A stretch of 64,000 nt of DNA from Candidatus Latescibacterota bacterium (lineage in GTDB: Bacteria > Latescibacterota > UBA2968). A program made the position numbers and the translations under genes. The notes under the pieces were generated by a model, which saw nothing but the letters and a program-made list of their open reading frames with translations, was not told the DNA's origin and did not search any database. Below are positions 58,091 to 64,000 of this stretch, piece by piece. Each line of letters starts with the position of its first letter. The stretch's first letter is position 1. The DNA is taken from assembly GCA_965204375.1 (NCBI GenBank), contig OZ241986.1, forward strand, positions 3,392,001 through 3,456,000, given 5' to 3'.

Positions 58091-59563
58091 ATGCGCATTC
58101 TGTACCTCGACCTCGACGCCTTAAACCCCACACACCTGGGCTGTTACGGATATCACCGCAACACATCGCCAACAATTGACAAAATAGCAGCCGAAGGCAT
58201 TCGGTTCAACCAGGTCTATACAACAGACGCGCCCTGCTTGCCATCGCGCACGGCATTTTACTCCGGGCAATTTGGCATTCATTCGGGCGTCGTAGGGCAC
58301 GGCGGCACCGCGTCAGAACGGCGGATAAATGGACCAAACCGCGGTTTTCGAGATCGACTCGCAAACGAGGGACTGGCTGGCTTCTTGCAGCGTCAGGGCT
58401 TTAAAACATCCATGATCAGCCCCTTTGGACAGCGGCATGCCGCGTGGCATTTTTACGCAGGCTTCAACGAAATACACAACACCGGCAAAGGCGGCATGGA
58501 ATCAGCCGAAGAAGTAACACCCGTAGTCGAAAAATGGCTAAATGACAATGCCGCGGACGACAACTGGTTTTTGCACATCAACTACTGGGACGTACACACG
58601 CCCTATCGCGCGCCAGCGGAATACGGCGAGCCCTTTGCCAATGATCCCCTGCCGGACTGGTTAACACCTGAATTACTGGAAGAACACAAAAAACTCGTCG
58701 GTCCCCACACCGCACAGGACATTATGATGTGGAACGACCGCCCCAATCCGCGCTTTCCCCGGCACCCCGGCCGGTTGGACAACATGGACGACCTGCGGCG
58801 AATGATCGATGGATACGACACCGCGATCCGGTACGTTGATGATCAAATTGCCATCATTGTGGAAATATTGGAAAACAGAGGCGTACTGGACGACACCGCG
58901 ATCATCATCAGCGCAGATCACGGCGAAAACATGGGCGAACTCGGCATATACGGCGAACACGGAACAGCCGATCAGGCGACCTGCCATATACCGATGATCG
59001 TAAAATGGCCCGGCGGGCAATCTGGAATCACAGACGAGGGCCTGCATTACAATATTGATTTAGCACCCACATTAGCCGATCTTTTAGGCGGACAAAAACA
59101 GGCGTTGTGGGACGGCGAAAGTTATGCCTCTGTCATTACCGAAGGCTCAGATGCTGGACGCAACGAACTGATCTTGAGCCAGTGCGCGCATGTATGTCAG
59201 CGGGCTGTCCGCTTTGACGACTGGATTTACATCCGCACCTATCACGATGGATATCGACTTTACCCACGCGAACTGTTATTCAATTTATCAGACGACCCCT
59301 GGGAAATGCGCGACATAGCGGCTGAAAACCCCGATATATGCCGAGAAGCTGCGTATCGTCTCATGAACTGGCACGACCACATGATGGAAACCATGCCGAG
59401 GCCCTACGACAACGACCCGCTATGGACAGTCATGCAAGAAGGCGGACCAATGCACACCTGGGGGGCTTTCGAAGACTATTGCGACCGCCTTGCAGAAACC
59501 GACCGTGCAGAAGGCGCGGTCTTACTGCGCGAAAAATTTGGGAACAAATACCGCCATCCATAA
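58091..59563 (+). CDS. Sulfatase (Cys-type)
   Basis: CLPSR, 'DVHTPY', ADHGE. Confidence 0.92.
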   Translation: MRILYLDLDALNPTHLGCYGYHRNTSPTIDKIAAEGIRFNQVYTTDAPCLPSRTAFYSGQFGIHSGVVGHGGTASERRINGPNRGFRDRLANEGLAGFLQRQGFKTSMISPFGQRHAAWHFYAGFNEIHNTGKGGMESAEEVTPVVEKWLNDNAADDNWFLHINYWDVHTPYRAPAEYGEPFANDPLPDWLTPELLEEHKKLVGPHTAQDIMMWNDRPNPRFPRHPGRLDNMDDLRRMIDGYDTAIRYVDDQIAIIVEILENRGVLDDTAIIISADHGENMGELGIYGEHGTADQATCHIPMIVKWPGGQSGITDEGLHYNIDLAPTLADLLGGQKQALWDGESYASVITEGSDAGRNELILSQCAHVCQRAVRFDDWIYIRTYHDGYRLYPRELLFNLSDDPWEMRDIAAENPDICREAAYRLMNWHDHMMETMPRPYDNDPLWTVMQEGGPMHTWGAFEDYCDRLAETDRAEGAVLLREKFGNKYRHP

Positions 59564-59567
59564 AAGC

Positions 59568-59657
59568 ATCCGCAGATAGACGCAGATGGACACAGATAAA
59601 GGGCTGGAGACTGGGACCAAGGGGTGCCCTCTAACCTTTTACATCTTGCGTCTCACC
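59568..59657 (+). repeat. ATCCGCAGAT-family element (short form)
   Basis: atccgcagatagacgcagatggacacagataa-agggctgg...acatcttgcgtctcacc; same three blocks as 54752-54908. Confidence 0.8.
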
Positions 59658-59677
59658 ATTAGATAAGGAGTGAACAC

Positions 59678-60544
59678 ATGCTCACCCAGGAACAAATCGC
59701 GTTTTATCACGAACACGGATATCTCGGTGTGGAGAACGTGCTCAGTGAAAACGAAGTCAACGACCTGCGGCGGATAACCGATGAATATGTGGAAAAATCG
59801 CGGGAAGCTACAGAACACACCGAAGTATTCGACCTCGAACCCGGGCACACGTCCGAAAATCCAAAATTGAGACGCCTGAAAAGTCCGATTTTGCTACATG
59901 AAGTATATCGCAAAACCCTGCATCACGAGAAAATTTTGGGAATCGTATCGCAATTGATCGGATACGGCCTGCGGTGCAATGGCAATAAGCTCAACATGAA
60001 ACAACCCGGCTACGGCAGCCCGGTCGAGTGGCATCAGGATTGGGCATTTTATCCGCACACCAACGACGATTTGCTCGCCGTGGGTATAGTGCTCGACGAC
60101 ATGACAGAAGAAAATGGCCCCTTGCTCGTCATCCCCGGCTCGCACAAAGGGCCAGTGTACGACCATCACCTCGACGGCCATTTCTGCGGCGCCGTAACCG
60201 ACTCCACCTTTAGCGACAAAGGCGCCGTACCCGTAATGGTAAAAGCAGGCGGCATCACAATCCATCATGTGCGCATGCTACACGGGTCAGTATCCAATAC
60301 ATCTGACACACCCCGCCGACTGCTCCTATTTCAATATTGCGCGATTGATGCGTATCCTCTATCGGGCCTGAACAACTGGGATTTGTTCAATGAAACAATC
60401 GTGCGCGGCGAGCCGACCAACATCCCGCGCGTGGAACCCGTCCCCGTGCGAATGCCCTGGCCTGGCGCACTCCGAAGCGGATCCATTTACGAATCGCAAA
60501 CCGTGTTGAAAGAAACGAAATTTACCAAAACACAATACAAATAA
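59678..60544 (+). CDS. PhyH family dioxygenase
   Basis: 'VEWHQDW', 'NGPLLVIPGSH', LHGS. Confidence 0.93.
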   Translation: MLTQEQIAFYHEHGYLGVENVLSENEVNDLRRITDEYVEKSREATEHTEVFDLEPGHTSENPKLRRLKSPILLHEVYRKTLHHEKILGIVSQLIGYGLRCNGNKLNMKQPGYGSPVEWHQDWAFYPHTNDDLLAVGIVLDDMTEENGPLLVIPGSHKGPVYDHHLDGHFCGAVTDSTFSDKGAVPVMVKAGGITIHHVRMLHGSVSNTSDTPRRLLLFQYCAIDAYPLSGLNNWDLFNETIVRGEPTNIPRVEPVPVRMPWPGALRSGSIYESQTVLKETKFTKTQYK

Positions 60545-60552
60545 CGAACGTC

Positions 60553-60873
60553 TCAATCCCGATAAGTAACAGCCGTGCCACTGGCACTGACCATAAGCAT
60601 ACTACCCTCGCCAACGGTATCGTAGTCGAGGTCCACGCCAATGACGGCATTGGCACCCATACCGCGTGCCTGTTCGACCATTTCCTCAATGGCGAGATCT
60701 TTGGCTCTGCGGAGTTCTGACTCATACGCGGCTGAACGCCCGCCGACAATATCGCGGAGACTCGCAAAGATATCTTTGAAAAAATTGGCACCCAAAATGG
60801 CTTCGCCAGTCACAATGCCCTGATAGCTATCAATAGTTTTCCCTTCAATATTGGGGGTTGTCAACACGAGCAT
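60553..60873 (-). CDS. YbjQ/UPF0145 heavy-metal-binding domain protein
   Basis: '[30 protein letters not shown]', '[12 protein letters not shown]', 'SGTAV'. Confidence 0.95.
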   Translation of the reverse strand: MLVLTTPNIEGKTIDSYQGIVTGEAILGANFFKDIFASLRDIVGGRSAAYESELRRAKDLAIEEMVEQARGMGANAVIGVDLDYDTVGEGSMLMVSASGTAVTYRD

Positions 60874-60986
60874 AAAAGCCTCCTTTTATATTGTTTTCCG
60901 TTGGTTTCATCGAAAAAATATCTCATTGTACACCATCAGGCAAGAGCTAAGGTCTAACCAACCACGTAAAAGCACGAGGAATCGCC

Positions 60987-61457
60987 ATGGCACAAACGAG
61001 CGAAACGTCCATCGCAATTGGGGACAGCGTGATTCACAGCGACAAAGAAATCATGGGTGGCACGCCCGTTTTCAAAGGAACCCGCGTGCCTGTGAAGAAC
61101 TTGTTCGATTTGCTAATCTACGGGTACGATCTGAAAGATTTTCATTTCGAATTTCCCTCAGTACACCCCAAGAAGGCAGTAGCGGCTCTTGAAAGAGGAA
61201 AAAAAATAATGGTCGAAGAGGCCTGCCGGAAACCGGATGGACTTTTTCACAGCGATCCCAAGGAAATGGGGGGCGAACCTGTATTCGTCGGTACGCGGCA
61301 CCAACTTAAGAGCCTTTTTGACTGCTTGATACAAGTCCAAAGCCTGAAAGATTTTCATTTTGAATTTCCTTCAATGTACCGCGAACAAACTCTAGCGGCT
61401 CTCAATATGGCCCGTCAACTTTTGGAACAAGAGGCCTATGCGACTGCTGCTCGATGA
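60987..61457 (+). CDS. Tandem DUF433 antitoxin
   Basis: Two copies of HSD..MGG.PVF.GTR...LFD.L...LKDFHFEFPS. Confidence 0.9.
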   Translation: MAQTSETSIAIGDSVIHSDKEIMGGTPVFKGTRVPVKNLFDLLIYGYDLKDFHFEFPSVHPKKAVAALERGKKIMVEEACRKPDGLFHSDPKEMGGEPVFVGTRHQLKSLFDCLIQVQSLKDFHFEFPSMYREQTLAALNMARQLLEQEAYATAAR

Positions 61458-61782
61458 AAACATTACTTGGAGATTCAGGGATACCCTGATTGAACACCAC
61501 GACGTATGGACGACTGGGTATCTTGATTGGAACAGCATACGAAACGGCCGGCTTTTGGCATTGGCCAGAGACAAGTTTGATGTTCTCATCACCGCTGACC
61601 AGAGCATCCCATACCAGCAAAACATCACGGAAGCAGATGTCGCGGTAGTTGTTCTCGTTGCGAGAACAAATGACATCAATGACTTGAAACCGCTGGTTCC
61701 CGAATTGCTAAATCGTCTGAATGACCTGAAACGCGGAGAAATCATCCGCATTGAAGCCGGACAAAACGAGGAGTCGTCCTGA
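61438..61782 (+). CDS. DUF5615 PIN-like toxin
   Basis: 'MRLLLDEN', 'NGRLL', 'FDVLITADQSIPYQQN'. Confidence 0.9.
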   Translation: MRLLLDENITWRFRDTLIEHHDVWTTGYLDWNSIRNGRLLALARDKFDVLITADQSIPYQQNITEADVAVVVLVARTNDINDLKPLVPELLNRLNDLKRGEIIRIEAGQNEESS

Positions 61783-61814
61783 CAAAAACGAAGTAAAAAA
61801 ACAGGAGCTATAAC

Positions 61815-62633
61815 ATGAACCACTTGAGCAAATCCATGCGGCAACAGTGGCAGGAACAGGGGTATTTACACCTCAAAAATGTAATCCCCAAAGACGAAGC
61901 AGCGGGATATCTCGACGCTGCCAATGAAGTCATCGCCGAGTACGAAGCCAAATATCCCGAAGTACTCGAAAAAGGCGTCTATACCATCATTCAAACGCTC
62001 TTTCGAACGAGTCGGATCGACGGATTGATGGACCACCCCAACTTATTTGGCACTATCCTCGACCTGATGGGACCTTATATCCAGATCATGGGATCGCAAA
62101 TTTACGTGCGTTATCCAAATGATAAATCCGATAACTTGATCGGCTGGCACACCGATGCTGGACGCTCACTGGCACAAATTCGGGTCACGCCAGACAGTTT
62201 GCCATTAAACTTCAAAATACAGTTCTTCCTCACCGATATTCCACACGAAAATTGTGCAAACTTCTGTCTGGTGCCCGGCAGCCATCGCCGCCCAATGCCC
62301 AAAGGATCCCGCAATGAAACACCCCCAGGCGCGATACAACTCATTGCCGAAGCGGGAGATTGCGCGATCTTTCCCAATACCATGTGGCACGCGGTCGCGC
62401 CAAATCACACAGACGTCGTACGGCGCAGCATCACCTTCCGGTATGGACAAATGTGGTGCAGACCCTACGATTACGAAAAGTGTCCCGAAGAAGTTCTATC
62501 CCGCATGACGCCTCGCCGCCGCCGGTTAATGGGTGACCTGGGCGAAAACTATACGGCGACAGACTATTTCAAGCCATCCGACCAGATAAAAGTCATCATG
62601 GATGGCCTGGACTTTAAGTGTCCCAATGCTTAA
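61815..62633 (+). CDS. PhyH family dioxygenase
   Basis: WHTD, 'LVPGSH', WHAV. Confidence 0.9.
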   Translation: MNHLSKSMRQQWQEQGYLHLKNVIPKDEAAGYLDAANEVIAEYEAKYPEVLEKGVYTIIQTLFRTSRIDGLMDHPNLFGTILDLMGPYIQIMGSQIYVRYPNDKSDNLIGWHTDAGRSLAQIRVTPDSLPLNFKIQFFLTDIPHENCANFCLVPGSHRRPMPKGSRNETPPGAIQLIAEAGDCAIFPNTMWHAVAPNHTDVVRRSITFRYGQMWCRPYDYEKCPEEVLSRMTPRRRRLMGDLGENYTATDYFKPSDQIKVIMDGLDFKCPNA

Positions 62634-62647
62634 CAGACCAAAAAATT

Positions 62648-62679
62648 AAAAAGCCTCGGAACAATCCGGGGCTTTTTTT
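62648..62679 (+). terminator. Intrinsic terminator
   Basis: aaaaagcctcgga-acaa-tccggggcttttttt. Confidence 0.85.
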
Positions 62680-62686
62680 ATATCCA

Positions 62687-62714
62687 TGCGACACTTTCGG
62701 GATGCAGCCTCGTC
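62687..62714 (+). promoter_or_regulatory. Candidate autoregulatory ECF promoter
   Basis: TGCGACA-17 nt-CGTC, between the terminator and the ECF gene; CGTC is a common ECF -10 core. Confidence 0.4.
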
Positions 62715-62756
62715 TTTTATTAAAACACGCGTGGATTGATTTCTTGTGGAGTATTC

Positions 62757-64000
62757 GTGGAACAAATTGAAGACAGCGCGCTCATCGCCCGGATTTTAGA
62801 CGGCGACCGCAAGGCATTCACAGTTCTGGTGCATCGCTATTCGCGATACGTGTATGCCCAAATTGCCCGATCTGTGCGACTGGTCGATGACGTGGAAGAC
62901 CTGGCTCAAATCGTATTTATCAAAGCGTACGAAAATCTGCATCAGCTACGCAAACCCAACCGATTTAGATCCTGGTTACACAGCATCGTACGCAACGCCG
63001 TCAACTCCCATCATCGCCGTCGAGCCGTGCAATTGCGACTGGAAGAAACATTTTATCCAGAACCTGCAACACACGAGGAAGAAGAAATCAAACATGTCGT
63101 ACGAACCGCGCTTCACATCCTATCGGCTGAACATCGCCAGGTAATTGCCCATCACTATTTCAAAGGGTATTCCTACGCGGAAACAGCCGACCTCCTGAAC
63201 CTCACGGTAGAAACCGTGCGCGGGCGTCTGAGGCGTGCGCGTCTCAAATTGAAAGGAGAGTTGCACAAAATGTCGGATATTCAAACACAAACTATGGAAC
63301 TGGACCGCGCGGACATGGACGCGCTCAAAAAAGTAATCGGTTTTGTAAGCGACGATGAAAAACGCCCAATCTTACAGGGCGTATGTCTCGACACAGGCGG
63401 TCGCGCGACTGCAACCAATGGGCATATCATGATCATTCGCACCTTAAAAAGCCTCTCGGAACTCGCCGCACCCATTATCATCGGACCCTGGTCAGACATT
63501 CAACTCCCCGAACAGGCCACATTGAAAATTGCGGAAACAACCGCAGAAATCCAGAGCAACGGCACAACCCTTCAGGTATCCTTAATCGAAGGTCCTTATG
63601 TCAAATACGAGCAGGTCATCCCCCAAGAAGATCCCGCAATGCGAATTTCCATCTCCTCGACTCTTCTCGCACACGCACTGAACTTACTACAAGATTTCAT
63701 GGAAGCGCGGCACCCAGAATCAGATACCTGGCAATACCGCCCCCGGATAGATCTGCACCTCTCGCCGTTGACCCAGACCATAACCTTTCTCACATCCCGA
63801 GATACAGGATATGCCCGAGAAGACAATGGCAAATACCAATATCTCCTCGACGTGAAAGATGACGCCTCGCCAGGAGGCGTTGCAGATTGGATATTTCAGG
63901 TCCCACTCAATGCCAAATTTGAAACACCATCAGAAGACACACTCAGGTTGAACGGGTCTGAAGAACGACCCGTTGTACACCGCTTTGCCGTGAACTTCGC
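62757..64000 (+). CDS. ECF sigma factor fused to a beta-clamp (DnaN)-like C-terminal domain (3'-truncated by window edge; absent from the ORF track)
   Basis: Hand translation from GTG 62757 (GGAG RBS), no stop to 64000. Sigma2: 'GDRKAF..LVHRY...EDLAQIVFIKAY..L..LR...FRSWL..IVRN'. Sigma4: 'GYSYAETADLL...ETVRGRLRRAR'. Then 'FVSDDEKRPILQGV...ATNGH' and 'LIEGPYVKYEQVIP'. Confidence 0.88.
   Translation, partial: MEQIEDSALIARILDGDRKAFTVLVHRYSRYVYAQIARSVRLVDDVEDLAQIVFIKAYENLHQLRKPNRFRSWLHSIVRNAVNSHHRRRAVQLRLEETFYPEPATHEEEEIKHVVRTALHILSAEHRQVIAHHYFKGYSYAETADLLNLTVETVRGRLRRARLKLKGELHKMSDIQTQTMELDRADMDALKKVIGFVSDDEKRPILQGVCLDTGGRATATNGHIMIIRTLKSLSELAAPIIIGPWSDIQLPEQATLKIAETTAEIQSNGTTLQVSLIEGPYVKYEQVIPQEDPAMRISISSTLLAHALNLLQDFMEARHPESDTWQYRPRIDLHLSPLTQTITFLTSRDTGYAREDNGKYQYLLDVKDDASPGGVADWIFQVPLNAKFETPSEDTLRLNGSEERPVVHRFAVNF

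Noticed and set aside
62854-63862. Short ORF-track calls (62854-63144, 63281-63499, 63383-63862, 63596-63832)
   Set aside because: Shadow frames of the real ECF-clamp ORF starting at 62757.
63270-64000. Canonical dnaN gene
   Set aside because: Lacks domain I, is fused to a sigma factor, has ATNGHI for ATDGHRL, and is not in a dnaA/recF context.

Overview
Bacterial chromosomal window. The gene content (6 PhyH-type dioxygenases, 5 Gfo/Idh/MocA oxidoreductases, 2 sulfatases, many toxin-antitoxin genes) is reminiscent of sponge- or sediment-associated Latescibacterota/Poribacteria/Gemmatimonadota-like genomes; this is inference only. The housekeeping and catabolic backbone comprises aceE-aceF-lpdA, ilvD, udk, mug, tRNA-Glu(CTC) and tRNA-Arg(ACG). 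Three defence-like accessory blocks interrupt it. (1) A PHP-ABC-ATPase (TrlF/Ppl-like) plus Schlafen/AlbA_2-HATPase pair sits inside the pyruvate dehydrogenase operon. (2) A type I R-M locus has an hsdR-hsdS gap filled with AT-rich cargo (Panacea-HicB-HicA, orphan DUF2442, and a PD-(D/E)xK-like::DUF4020-like protein plus HEPN flanked by 21-bp direct repeats), followed by more cassettes up to tRNA-Glu. (3) A SNF2 helicase - SeqA-like - sacsin/GHKL-HNH module sits between broken TA genes; its last gene appears fused to an antitoxin-like tail and is coupled to a MazF/PemK toxin. The window ends in an ORF missed by the ORF track: an ECF sigma factor fused in frame to a DNA polymerase III beta-clamp (DnaN)-like domain, the most unusual item seen. 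Families of intergenic short repeats, REPs and one 16-bp tandem array are present. No CRISPR array, integrase or intact transposase was found. All family assignments come from motifs read by eye; no database search was run.
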